A stretch of 64,000 bases of DNA from an uncultured cyanobacterium (GTDB lineage: Bacteria > Cyanobacteriota > Cyanobacteriia > Cyanobacteriales > Nostocaceae), in assembly GCA_963740315.1 (NCBI GenBank), contig CAVUDP010000002.1:512001-576000 (forward strand), given 5' to 3'. Below the pieces are notes generated by a model. The model was not told the DNA's origin. It ran no database searches and saw only the letters and a program-made list of their open reading frames with translations. The position numbers were made by a program, and so were the translations under genes. Below, piece after piece: positions 20,201 to 29,371 of the stretch (its first letter is position 1; every line of letters starts with the position of its first letter).

Positions 20201-21380
20201 CCGATTCTTCAATTGGTACAAAAGTTGTATCTATAGGTTCCGAATCTTCAACAATTTGAGTTGGCGCAAGAATTGTATCTTCGGAATTGCGATCGGGATA
20301 ATCCCATACTAAATCGCTTAAATCATTAATAAACTCTTGTTCCGATGCATTAGAATCATTTTCTTCGACTTGTGGTGTTTCCTCTAACCATGATAATTCT
20401 CCTAAATTACGTACCAAATCTTGAGCGGGAGTAATTTGTTCTTCTATATCGGATTCTTCAACTGAAGAGTAAGTATTAATATTCTCAGGTGTTAGTACTG
20501 TTTCTTCTAATTCTTCTAACTCTTCTTCCGACTCAAATACCTGCTCGTATATATTGGATAAATCTTCTTCTAACGCGGAAGGTTGATTCGTATTAGAAGG
20601 CGCTATTACTGTTTCTTCTAATTCTTCCTCGTACTCAAATACTTCTTCGTATAAAGCATCAGGAAACTCAGATAAAGATGCGAATGTACTGTTATTTAGA
20701 GGGGCAATTGCTTCTGATTGAGGTTCGTAATCTTCCCATAATAATTCGCCAAATTCTTTGAGTAACTCTTGCCCCGGAGAATCGGTTAAAGAGTCTGGTA
20801 CATCAAATTCACCATCTGTGGCAATTGATTCAATTATCGGTTCCCTTGGTTGGAAATTAAATTCCTCATCAGCATTCGTTGGGGCTGGTTCAATTCTTAG
20901 TTGTTCCGATATTGATGCAGGAGCTAACCCCTCACTAGCTGTAGATATCGGAATCGAATACATTGGTTGCTGCTTGGAATTGCGCGTCAACAACTGCACC
21001 CCAATATCGTAAGCAACATCTCCTATTTGCCCAATTTCGAGTTCCCCCAACTCCACCATTCTCGAAGCTAACTCGTAATTTGGTGCCGATGAAGCTAATA
21101 ATTTATTACCAAAGTGCTGCAACCACTCCAACCAACGTTGTTGAGAAACGCGATGTTCGATATTTTGCAGCCACCTTTGTGCCCAATGTTGTCCTCGCGC
21201 TTGACGTACCCCTTCTAGAAGTTGGGTAAACAAAAATTCCAGATCCGAATTCGTCAGTTCTGGTAACGCCTTAACCGCCTGCATCTCCTTCTCTCTTGTC
21301 GAAGGAGTCCGCCTGGTAACAAAAACCTGTTGAATAAACTTGATGAGCCTCTGCACTAGCCGCCTGAGCATCTGCTGCAT
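17292..21380 (-). CDS. TPR-CHAT (caspase/HetF-associated) protein with N-terminal helical domain and acidic linker
   Basis: Run of TPRs (AW.NRG.AL..LG...EA..SYDKAL); LVLIPHRDLHRLP, LSACE, VTSLWRV and HPYYWAAF CHAT motifs; the His-site reads NFYGYA. Confidence 0.88.
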   Translation of the reverse strand: MQQMLRRLVQRLIKFIQQVFVTRRTPSTREKEMQAVKALPELTNSDLEFLFTQLLEGVRQARGQHWAQRWLQNIEHRVSQQRWLEWLQHFGNKLLASSAPNYELASRMVELGELEIGQIGDVAYDIGVQLLTRNSKQQPMYSIPISTASEGLAPASISEQLRIEPAPTNADEEFNFQPREPIIESIATDGEFDVPDSLTDSPGQELLKEFGELLWEDYEPQSEAIAPLNNSTFASLSEFPDALYEEVFEYEEELEETVIAPSNTNQPSALEEDLSNIYEQVFESEEELEELEETVLTPENINTYSSVEESDIEEQITPAQDLVRNLGELSWLEETPQVEENDSNASEQEFINDLSDLVWDYPDRNSEDTILAPTQIVEDSEPIDTTFVPIEESVDDESLETFNALLDLAEEVEEEPETQIFVEPETEIFEKPTTPVDHLLVRLDESANLVQQLASGLETEESEAIHELAVANERAAKSALSLYYQGLAQARAGNLESAVELYEQAVQIKPDVHEYWFNLGLTLFHLSDLEGAIASYDKAIEIKNDFYKGWYNRGRALGELELLEDAIISFNTAIEIRPNYQEAWSSNGLALLKLGRVDEAIFSYDKSLELEPLDPENWYYRGVALSNSANYQDAVYSYDKALEIEPLLHDAWVDRGVAQGQLVEWAQAIESWDEALKIRPDFYLTWFNRAVALDNLGRREEAVASYDKALEIEPNFHLAWYNRAVALFYLEEYEQAIFCYDRALQIKADYWEAWLGRGSAAAKSQNLDRELSLSSPVAQTNSALNGRGEEGKLTSYLEALKYVADNTQPEGWGRLHLAIGNCYYDIGKRYSTPRDYWYQAVDEYNQALVTITDEAFPELHLEVLQHFIKVLVGLRETTQAQELHQYSTDFLQELLTQANRSDDSRKQLTLKNIGFEQLAVEIAIEYGEIVQGLEIAEHGKNACLTWLLYGWTDKIYSPNYSSILQLLNPTTAAIYWHISPSSLRTFIIKPNAPEPIPVFTPILNVAPDEFPLPEAVNRLVEFEDWLSEWNRQYTDYRSETRDKQGKIDHSWRKDMEQQLARLREILSIATIEQELQGIDNLVLIPHRDLHRLPLQGLFSSKFTISYLPSVQIGLNQQQQNSSANKSSPKLLSVEYPDTKDYPPFKSAKLAGLAISQMFEKPYRLQGSQATKIEVENALVRNYNIFNFYGYANDNANVSTSEILLAWEDKITLNEICKKPLSRYSLFTLSACEIATNKKNITTEYAGLSSGLLSQGVTHVVTSLWRVESTANALLTIEFYRRLHSGKTSVVALKEAVEWLRELTAGELTKWYENLLSQLPPEGLRMKAQLATQLYRTSQMEADKKLYCHPYYWAAFVIGGIDN

Positions 21381-21773
21381 TATAAAATGTAGTTCACATA
21401 GATTTTAACGAGCGTAGTGTAAAAAAAATAATTAATTACGTAACAGACTACCAAAGTATGTGAACTTTTCTACAAACGCAGCCTAATTACGCCCGTCTCA
21501 AGTCAGCATTACAACAAACGAACGCTGATTTTTAGGAACACTCGGTAAAATTTAAACTCGTGGAATTAGAAGTAACATTGTCACTTCTGAGATAACTTAA
21601 CAAAATTTTCTGAAAATAGCTTGCTAGACAAAATACGCTTTGTCAACAAAATAAAGTTATTCAACAATGCCGGATATTTGAAGCACAATATTGACAAATA
21701 ACGCCATTATTTACATTGCATATTAGAGTAAAAAAGTCAAACTAGGATTTGAATAATATTCTTTTTGCGCTTA

Positions 21774-22454
21774 TTATCCAGCAGTATGGTACTGATTAAC
21801 TAATGTTTGGATAATAACTTCTGGATCGTCTGTTTCAATTCCTAATTGTTCGGCAATTTGTGCCCTTAAATTAACATCCTCTTGGATTAAGTCCATTAAC
21901 TCTTCGAGAGTAATAGTTTGATATTCTCCTTCTGTATCGCTTAGTGCCTGTTCTGTTTGCTGTTGTTGAAAATCTTCTTCAGGTAAACTAGGTTTTATTG
22001 CAGCATCCGGACCTTGATATTCCCATATAGGTTCGGCTTGGTTGCGCGTTAACAATCGCATCCCGATATCGTAGGCAACAGTGGAAATTTCGCCAACTCC
22101 TAATTCTCCCAACTGTACCAGTCGCGAAGCCAATTCATTATTTGGTGTTGGTGCAGCCAATAACTTCTCGCCGAATCGTTTTAACCATTCCACCCAACGC
22201 TCTTGGGGAACCCGGTGTTCAATATTTTGCAACCATTTCTGTGCCCAAGCTTGCCCGCGTGCTTGATGAACTCCTTCCAAAAGTTCCGCAAACAAAAACT
22301 CCAAATCGGTATCGCTTAGAGGTGGAGGCGGTGACGAAGGAGAAGAATGAGGAGAACTATATTTTTTTACAGAATGCTGCTTAGTACCAAATAACCTTTG
22401 AAAAAACCTTTTAAACCATTGAACCAGCCGTTTTAGCATATCGGCACCCACCAC
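21774..22454 (-). CDS. Hypothetical protein: stand-alone paralog of the TPR-CHAT N-terminal domain
   Basis: DLEFLF..LLEGV.QARGQ.WAQ.WLQNIEHRV...RW.EWL..FG.KLLA...PN.ELASR.V.LGEL....AYDIG..LLTRN is shared with the downstream gene. Confidence 0.85.
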   Translation of the reverse strand: MVGADMLKRLVQWFKRFFQRLFGTKQHSVKKYSSPHSSPSSPPPPLSDTDLEFLFAELLEGVHQARGQAWAQKWLQNIEHRVPQERWVEWLKRFGEKLLAAPTPNNELASRLVQLGELGVGEISTVAYDIGMRLLTRNQAEPIWEYQGPDAAIKPSLPEEDFQQQQTEQALSDTEGEYQTITLEELMDLIQEDVNLRAQIAEQLGIETDDPEVIIQTLVNQYHTAG

Positions 22455-22537
22455 TGTGTTAATTACCCTAAGATTGTAGCTACTACTAAAGCATTTTCTC
22501 TAAGTATGTGTTTTTTTTAAGATATAAATTTTACTTT

Positions 22538-22760
22538 TAAAGGTCAAAGGTTAAAGGTCAAAGGTCAAAGGTTACAGGTTACAGGTCAAAGGTCAAAGGT
22601 TAAAGGTCAAAGGTTAAAGGTTAAAGGTTAAAGGTTACAGGTTACAGGTTAAAGGTTAAAGGTTAAAGGTTAAAATTGTTTTTATCCCCTTGTCTCCCCA
22701 TCCCCTTGTCTCCCCATCTCCTTGTCTCCCCATCTCCTTGTCCCCCCCCATCTTCCCACG
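22538..22760. repeat. STRR arrays upstream of dnaX: about 19 x A(A/C)AGGT(T/C), then (TCCCCATC/TCCTTGTC) octamers
   Basis: Read directly. Confidence 0.9.
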
Positions 22761-22837
22761 CCCAATCTTCATTAAAATTACAGATTAAGAATTAAAATAG
22801 TTTAACCCCTTATAGGGACCTTGAAAGCGCCGTTTCC

Positions 22838-24181
22838 ATGTCTTACGAACCACTGCACCATAAGTATCGCCCGAAGACTTTTGCCGAATTAGTTGGACAA
22901 GAGGCGATCGCGACTACTCTTACTAATGCAATTAATACTCTTAAAATTGCTCCAGCTTATTTATTTACTGGTCCGCGGGGAACGGGTAAAACTTCTAGCG
23001 CCCGCATTTTGGCGAAATCCCTCAACTGTCTTAACAGCGATAAACCTACGCCGCAACCCTGCGGAAAATGTGACACTTGTCAAGGAATTAGTAAAGGTGC
23101 CACTTTAGATGTAATTGAAATTGACGCTGCTAGCAATACGGGTGTTGATAATATTCGGGAACTGATCGAAAGAGCGCAATTTGCTCCGGTTCAATGCCGC
23201 TATAAGGTTTATGTAATCGATGAATGCCATATGCTCAGTAATCAGGCGTTTAATGCACTACTAAAAACCCTAGAAGAACCACCGAGGCACGTTGTCTTTG
23301 TTCTAGCGACAACAGACCCGCAAAGAGTGTTAGCAACAATTATTTCGCGCTGTCAAAGGTTTGATTTTAGACGCATTCCAATAGATGCGATGGTGCAGCA
23401 TTTAACTCACATCGCTGCCAATGAAAATATTAATATCGTCAAAGAAGCCGTTACCTTGGTTGCTCAAGTTGCTCAAGGAGGATTGCGAGACGCTGAAAGT
23501 CTTCTCGACCAGTTGGGTTTATTATCGGGGGAAGTAACGCCTGAAAAAGTTTGGGATTTAGTTGGTTCGGTAAGCGAACAGGATTTATTAAACTTATTAA
23601 AAGCGATAGTCTCCGACGACTCCGAAGCAGTAATAGAGTCTACCCGCTTTATATTAGACCGTGGTAGAGAACCTTTAATTATTCTCCAAAATTTTGCTTC
23701 ATTTTACCGCGATTTACTTATTGCCAAAACTGCACCACTACGCAATGATTTGGTTGCATGTACTCAAGGTATGTGGTCCATACTTATAGATGTCGCTCAA
23801 AATTTAGAAATAAGTACGATTTTGCACGCACAGCAGCATTTACGTACCTCCGAAGTGCAAATCAAAAACACCACTCAACCGCGTTTGTGGCTCGAAGTAA
23901 CCTTACTCGGATTATTACCATCAGCAACTACCATTCAACCACCAGCTATTAGCGATCGGCACTTACCTAAATTCAACTCAAACCCACCTCAAACAAACGA
24001 TCGCCCTACTACCACACCCCCCGTACAGCAAACGCCCGCTTCCAACAACACCGTACCCAAACAAACAGAAAACGGAACAAAAACGCAACAACCAGCAACT
24101 TCTACCTCTACCCCCTCTACCCCCTCTAATTCTTCTCCCCCTCCTCCCCACCACCACAAACACCTCCACAAACCAACCTAA
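22838..24181 (+). CDS. dnaX: DNA polymerase III gamma/tau subunit, AAA+ and collar part (gamma-sized ORF)
   Basis: HKYRPKTF, GPRGTGKT, zinc cysteines, EIDAASN, IDECHML, SRCQ, GGLRDA. No intein at the DE|CH site. Confidence 0.95.
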   Translation: MSYEPLHHKYRPKTFAELVGQEAIATTLTNAINTLKIAPAYLFTGPRGTGKTSSARILAKSLNCLNSDKPTPQPCGKCDTCQGISKGATLDVIEIDAASNTGVDNIRELIERAQFAPVQCRYKVYVIDECHMLSNQAFNALLKTLEEPPRHVVFVLATTDPQRVLATIISRCQRFDFRRIPIDAMVQHLTHIAANENINIVKEAVTLVAQVAQGGLRDAESLLDQLGLLSGEVTPEKVWDLVGSVSEQDLLNLLKAIVSDDSEAVIESTRFILDRGREPLIILQNFASFYRDLLIAKTAPLRNDLVACTQGMWSILIDVAQNLEISTILHAQQHLRTSEVQIKNTTQPRLWLEVTLLGLLPSATTIQPPAISDRHLPKFNSNPPQTNDRPTTTPPVQQTPASNNTVPKQTENGTKTQQPATSTSTPSTPSNSSPPPPHHHKHLHKPT

Positions 24182-24792
24182 ATCAAGTCTGGCAACAGGT
24201 ACTTACCAATCTTTTACCAGTTTCCCGAAGGGAACTACTGCGTCAAATGTGCCATATTCTGGAGTTTGACGGTTCTGTAGCTCGCGTTGCTGTCAAAGAA
24301 GCATGGTATAAGAAAGTTAAAGAAGAGGTATCTAACATTACAACGGCATTTCAAGTAACTTTTAATCGTGAAATCCAAGTAAATTTAGAAATAGCCAACG
24401 CAGTTTCACCAGCATCAACTGCTGGAGCAACAAAGGTACAGCAACCCCCCGTTGTACCTACACAAACACCACCACAGACACCACCACAAACACCACCACA
24501 ACCCGCGCCTTCACCTTCACCAAAACCCACTCCAGAAACACCTCAACCAACCCCCACAACTCAACCACCAGCAGCAAAAAATGCCGCACCTCCCCCGCAA
24601 GCAGCCCCAACACCACCTCAAACAACACCTACAGTAGAAGATCCAGAAGCAGATCGTGTAATGTACGCAGCACAGCGTTTAGCAGATGCATTAGACGGAG
24701 AGATTATTCAAAGCGAAGAAAATACAGAAATATCCGACGAACCTATTGATTCATCGGAATTAGAAGAAATTGAAGATGATGTTGACTTTTAA
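24130..24792 (+). CDS. dnaX: C-terminal (tau) portion of DnaX, in the -1 frame
   Basis: Frame is open from 24130: ...PPPQTPPQTNLNQVWQQVLTNLLPVSRRELLRQMCHILEFDG...AAQRLADALDGEII...DDVDF, the expected tau C-terminal pattern. Confidence 0.8.
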   Translation, partial: FFSPSSPPPQTPPQTNLNQVWQQVLTNLLPVSRRELLRQMCHILEFDGSVARVAVKEAWYKKVKEEVSNITTAFQVTFNREIQVNLEIANAVSPASTAGATKVQQPPVVPTQTPPQTPPQTPPQPAPSPSPKPTPETPQPTPTTQPPAAKNAAPPPQAAPTPPQTTPTVEDPEADRVMYAAQRLADALDGEIIQSEENTEISDEPIDSSELEEIEDDVDF

Positions 24793-24796
24793 AAGT

Positions 24797-25004
24797 TGGG
24801 AATTGGGGATGGGGCATTGGGCATGGGCATTGGGAATTGGGGTAGAGGGGGTAGAGGGGGTAGAGGGGGTAGAGGGGGTAGTTAATAGCGAGCAAGATGC
24901 TCGCACTACTCCGGTGGGTTTATCTCCTTGTCTCCCCATCACCCCATCACCCCATCTCCCCATCACCCCATCTCCCCATCTCCCCATCTCCCCATCTCCT
25001 TGTC
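24797..25004. repeat. STRR cluster (TGGGCAT/TGGGAAT, GGGGTAGAG x4, CCCCATC(A/T)) with a GCGAGCAAGATGCTCGC palindrome
   Basis: Read directly; the same GGGGTAGTTAA..AGCGAGCAAGATGCTCGCACTACT module recurs near 59462-59498. Confidence 0.85.
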
Positions 25005-26411
25005 CTAATTACTTCCTTGCCGGGAGGTTTTCACCCACTTTAAACGCTTGGGACGTATTGACATTCGGGCAGTGGTGCTGCTTATCACTATTATCCAGTG
25101 GAACATATATAAAATGCCCCGCAGGCTTTGTAACAGCAATAAAAAGTAGGTGTAGGTTCTCAAGCCTTTATTTTTATGTATCCGCTTCAGACCGGCAAAC
25201 ATTCCTAAGAATGATATTGTTACTGTCATTCCGGTTAATGGACTTAAAATGGGAAGACGATGACGTGCGATCGCCATTAATAAGTCTGGTATTGCTGCGG
25301 TTGGAATGATGTACTGAATCAGCACGAAGTTAGTTAGCACTTCAAAGGTTTTCCACGTACCCATGCGGTTACGAAGAATTAAATCCCAGTAGTCCAAATA
25401 ACGCTGATATCCACCTTCTGCCCAACGGTTACGCTGATGCCAAAGAGAAATTGCCGAGATTACGCCTTCTTCTTTAACTACCGGGTAAAATACGCATTCA
25501 ATATCCCACTTATCTAAATGGAGGCGGAGTGTCAAGTCCAAATCGTCGGTAATAGTTTCTTCATTCCATCCGCCACAACTGTATAAAGCTGTACGCCGCA
25601 CAAATTGACCGTTACCGCGTAATTCCCCTATTCCTCCTCTGAAACTTCGTCCTTGTTGAAAAAAGGTATCAACAGCCATTTCTGCCATTTGACCTTTTGT
25701 CCAAACATTTGTCGAAGCGTTGGCGATTTCTTTTCGCAACTGTACCGCTCCAACAGTATCTCGTTGAAACAAAGGTATGGTTCGCAATAAAATATCTGAC
25801 GAAACTTGAGCATCAGCATCAAAGACGGCAACAACTTCACCTTTCGTCAGTGGTAGCACTTGGTTTAATGCTCCTGACTTACCACCGCCCGCTCCAGGCT
25901 CTCGCTGGAATACTTTTAACTTTTCATATTTCGAGGCTAGTTCGCATAGCAATTCCGGTGTTTTGTCGCTGCTGTTATCGTCAACTATCCAGACTTCATA
26001 CCCTCCCAAGGGGTACTCCAGATTGCAAAGGTTATTTACTAAATTGCTAATGACTAATTCTTCATTTTTCGCTGCAACTAATAAAGATACAAAAGGATAA
26101 TCCCCTTCCATCTCTCTACTTATACTGCTCGGCTTGGCAAACACAATTACCAAAGAGTGAAGCCCGACAACGGTAGCCAACCCTAATACAAATAAAGAAC
26201 CCCAAGAAACTAAGTGTAAAGCTATAGTACTGCTCCAAACCATCGTTAAAACTAGAGCAGCTTTACGCCTACGATTTTGGAACCGAGAAGGAACAGTCAA
26301 TTCTGACGATTCTTGTTCTTCTAGCGATCTCCGAGCCGATATATCAGCAAACATCGAGTTCAGGGGGTCAAGTTCGTTATAATCTTTGTCGGGCCAGGAA
26401 TTCGCTGGCAT
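25005..26411 (-). CDS. mgdA: Beta-monoglucosyldiacylglycerol synthase (GT2)
   Basis: MPANSWPD N-terminus characteristic of Nostocales MgdA; VDDNS, GGKSGALN, FDAD, TDDLDL, QRNRW (QxxRW). Confidence 0.88.
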   Translation of the reverse strand: MPANSWPDKDYNELDPLNSMFADISARRSLEEQESSELTVPSRFQNRRRKAALVLTMVWSSTIALHLVSWGSLFVLGLATVVGLHSLVIVFAKPSSISREMEGDYPFVSLLVAAKNEELVISNLVNNLCNLEYPLGGYEVWIVDDNSSDKTPELLCELASKYEKLKVFQREPGAGGGKSGALNQVLPLTKGEVVAVFDADAQVSSDILLRTIPLFQRDTVGAVQLRKEIANASTNVWTKGQMAEMAVDTFFQQGRSFRGGIGELRGNGQFVRRTALYSCGGWNEETITDDLDLTLRLHLDKWDIECVFYPVVKEEGVISAISLWHQRNRWAEGGYQRYLDYWDLILRNRMGTWKTFEVLTNFVLIQYIIPTAAIPDLLMAIARHRLPILSPLTGMTVTISFLGMFAGLKRIHKNKGLRTYTYFLLLLQSLRGILYMFHWIIVISSTTARMSIRPKRLKWVKTSRQGSN

Positions 26412-26902
26412 AGTTTAATTTATTTAATTACCAGTAATTTTATACAACAATGCTATGAAGCTAGTTTTGGATAAAACTAAACAAAACTAACATAAAGGGA
26501 GCTTCGTCCGCTTACTCTGAGATTAGTTTTACTCCAGCTTCACACAAATCAGTGCAGCCTTATTGTAACCGACATTTTCACATTTCTTTGCATAAGCCTC
26601 AACAGTTATTAAGTTAGCAGTTAGCACCACCGGACCACCGGACCACCGGAGTGAGGAAAGCGGAGGGAGCGGAGGGAGCGGAGGAAGCGGAGGAAGAAAA
26701 TAGAAAATAAATAATTAATTGCTTCCCCTGCCTCAAGAGCCTCAAGAGCCTCCTCTGCTCTCTTCTCCCCCCTCTTCCCCCTCCCCCCAATCCCTCTCTC
26801 TTCATTCCAATAAAAGTGAGTGTAGATTTTACAAAAAAGTTGGGAACACTATGTATATCTACCAAGATTGCAAATTATCAAATAACTCAAGGAATATATT
26901 GT

Positions 26903-27280
26903 ATGTCAGCATTTGAGCAACTATCTCCTGCTACTCCTCAACAAGCGAGCGTGTACTTGCCTTACATTCAAAGTGGTAAGCGGAATTTTTTACCTTATGC
27001 TATTGGTCTTTACCAAAAAGGGGTTTTAGAGGGACAGCGTAAAATAGAAAGCAGCGAAAGCATTCCTTTTATCGCTACTTGGAATATTGCGACTTTACCT
27101 TCGGACTTAACCCGTTGCCGAATGCAGTTTGATGGAAACGCCGAACTGAGTTATGAAGTAATGTTGGCAAGTTTCGAGTTTATAAATTTTTTAATAGAAA
27201 TACTGGAAAACTATAAGCGCCAACGTATGACTGATTTCTCTCAACCGTTTTACCGTAAGCTGTTGCGTCTGGAAGAATAA
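26903..27280 (+). CDS. ebsA: Type IV pilus/secretion-associated protein EbsA
   Basis: VYLPY....KR..LPYAI.LYQKG.LEG.R.IE...C..QFDGNAELSYE...DFS..FYRKLL; ATG at 26903. Confidence 0.8.
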   Translation: MSAFEQLSPATPQQASVYLPYIQSGKRNFLPYAIGLYQKGVLEGQRKIESSESIPFIATWNIATLPSDLTRCRMQFDGNAELSYEVMLASFEFINFLIEILENYKRQRMTDFSQPFYRKLLRLEE

Positions 27281-27596
27281 TCAAGCGATAACTGCTTTTT
27301 AACAGAACCTATTAAAAGCAACCAACTCCGGGGGGAAAAGAGTTTTATCCTTTTTCCCTTAAGGGCTTCCGGATGAATAGTTCTCAACCGTTGGCTCTAA
27401 ACTCTAATAATTAACTAATAATTGATAAATAACTCCCTTGAAGTAAGTTCGACCTAAAATTAGGAAACGCCCAAACAGTTTTTTTAGGCTATTAGTAATC
27501 TGTTCAACTCTCCCTCATTAGCGATTATTGACTAATGGTTGAGATCCAAAGCACTTAAGATGAAAGTTTTATACCGTTTAAATTAGGAGTGCGTGC

Positions 27597-28691
27597 GTGC
27601 CAAAATCCCCTAAATATTTACTGATTGGGTCAACTGAGGCTTCTAGCGGTAAATCCGCAACTATTTTAGGTTTGTCTCATCATCTACATCAAGCTGGACT
27701 GGATATCGCTTATGGCAAACCTCTTGGTAAGTGTTTGAGAGAATCTCAAGACAGTTTGATTGAAGAAGATGTCGAGTTTATTACCCAAAGTCTCAATCTA
27801 TCTCCCTCTCGTGTACTACCGACATTACTCGCTTTAAACGAAACTACACTGCAACAACGTCTTGGCGGCGAAGATGAAACCGATTATGCTGCCTCTCTTA
27901 CAAGTCAATACTTACAAAACAACTTGGGTGATTTAGTTTTACTAGAAGGTTCGGGTAATTTATCTGAAGGTTATTTGTTTGATTTATCTTTAATGCAAAT
28001 AGCTGATGCCCTAGATGGTGGGGTGCTTCTAGTATTCCGCTATAAGTCTTTGCTGTCTATCGAAGCATTATTGTCTGCCAAACAGATGGTTGGAGAGCGT
28101 TTGATCGGTGTTGTCATCAATGATGTACCGGCAGAACATTTACAAGCCGTTGATGATACCATGCGTCCCTTTCTCGAACAGCAAGGTATTCCCGTATTAG
28201 GTATATTGCCTAAAAGTAACTTGCTACGCAGCATCACCGTGCGCGAATTGGTTCATCAGTTAAATGCAGAAGTTTTATGTCGTGGCGATCGCCTAAATTT
28301 ATTAGTCGAAAGCCTTGCAATTGGGGCGATGAATGTCAATGCTGCCGTTAAATATTTTCGCAAACGTCAAAATATGGCAGTAGTTACAGGTGGCGATCGA
28401 GTGGAAATTCAGCAGGCTGCATTGGAAACTTCTACCCAATGTCTGATTCTCACCGGACAGTTACCACCTCCACCTTTCATTCTCAGTCGCGCCCAAGAAC
28501 TAGAAATTCCCATTTTATCTGTAGATTTAGATACTCTTAGCACTGTGGAAATTATTGAGCGTGCCTTCGGTCAAGTTCGCGTCCACGAACCCATCAAAGT
28601 CGAATGCATTCGTCATTTAATGCAAGAACATTTTGAAATCAACCGCTTGCTTTCTCTAATGGGTTTGAGTCCGGCAACTACGCGATCGTAA
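27597..28691 (+). CDS. Phosphotransacetylase N-terminal-like protein (BioD-like P-loop + DRTGG)
   Basis: SSGKSA P-loop, YGKP, LLEG, VVTGGDR (DRTGG). Confidence 0.88.
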   Translation: MPKSPKYLLIGSTEASSGKSATILGLSHHLHQAGLDIAYGKPLGKCLRESQDSLIEEDVEFITQSLNLSPSRVLPTLLALNETTLQQRLGGEDETDYAASLTSQYLQNNLGDLVLLEGSGNLSEGYLFDLSLMQIADALDGGVLLVFRYKSLLSIEALLSAKQMVGERLIGVVINDVPAEHLQAVDDTMRPFLEQQGIPVLGILPKSNLLRSITVRELVHQLNAEVLCRGDRLNLLVESLAIGAMNVNAAVKYFRKRQNMAVVTGGDRVEIQQAALETSTQCLILTGQLPPPPFILSRAQELEIPILSVDLDTLSTVEIIERAFGQVRVHEPIKVECIRHLMQEHFEINRLLSLMGLSPATTRS

Positions 28692-28719
28692 ATAATTTAT
28701 CCCTTAATTCCGACGGGTT

Positions 28720-28747
28720 GTAGAGACGTAGCAGTGCTACGTCTCCC
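28720..28747. repeat. GTAG-family palindrome copy
   Basis: GTAGAGACGTAGCAGTGCTACGTCTCCC, identical to the copies at 6457 and 6624. Confidence 0.85.
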
Positions 28748-28830
28748 GACGTTTTGGGAAAAACTAACCCATCAAATTTAATGCAATAGACTACCAGTAT
28801 TCCTTTTCAAAAGTTTTGCTGGGTAAAAAG

Positions 28831-28936
28831 GTTCGTAGTAAGAGTTTTAACTCTCGCATCTGACGATTAAAATCCTCGCATGGAAGGGCATCGGTTCCCT
28901 GAATCCGGAGGGGAACCAATGCCCTTACTACAAACC
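28831..28936. repeat. GTTCGTAGTAAG...CTTACTACAAAC inverted-end dispersed repeat
   Basis: A shorter copy with the same ends lies at about 47758-47816. Confidence 0.75.
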
Positions 28937-29008
28937 TATCATAACTAATGCAATAGACCACTAGAAATTTTAGCGACAAGTTACTTTTAAATCCTCCTGG
29001 TGAAGATT

Positions 29009-29371
29009 TTATTTCTCGCTATTGATTGATACATAATGCATGAAAAGCCCCAATCCCCAACCAGAAATTGGATAAATTGCCCAAAAATCACGGGGAGTTG
29101 TAACTAAATTCAGCACTATTAAGAATGTATTTACCGCCACAAATGTAATTAAGTGTTTTTTAAATGCTCGACGTTTCATTTCACGACGAGTTTGTTGTTG
29201 TTGCTGCACTTTGGCTTGAATCAACCATTCTTGTTCGGCTGTCTTAAGTAATTCCGGAGAAATTCCTAATTCTGTAGCCATTTCTGAAAGTTGTTCTTTA
29301 GAAAAAGATTCCTCTTTGCCTGCCATCGCCAGTTGAAGAATTTTTTGCACGTCGTCAGAGCTATAAGTCAT
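29009..29371 (-). CDS. 2TM domain-containing protein
   Basis: YS.DDVQ.IL..A, ELGIS...L..AE.EW, HLITFVAVN.FL..LN, W..YP..GWGLGL..H. Confidence 0.85.
   Translation of the reverse strand: MTYSSDDVQKILQLAMAGKEESFSKEQLSEMATELGISPELLKTAEQEWLIQAKVQQQQQTRREMKRRAFKKHLITFVAVNTFLIVLNLVTTPRDFWAIYPISGWGLGLFMHYVSINSEK

Noticed and set aside
23210..23240. DnaX intein, as found in some cyanobacteria
   Set aside because: IDECHMLS is continuous; there is no insertion.
24760..25309. ORFs 24760-24987 (-) and 24770-25309 (+)
   Set aside because: They are translations of STRR arrays (GRWGDG, VEGVEG, PITPSPH) and antisense overlap with mgdA.
26614..26916. ORFs 26614-26865 and 26719-26916
   Set aside because: Low-complexity 9-mer repeats upstream of ebsA with no protein-like signal.
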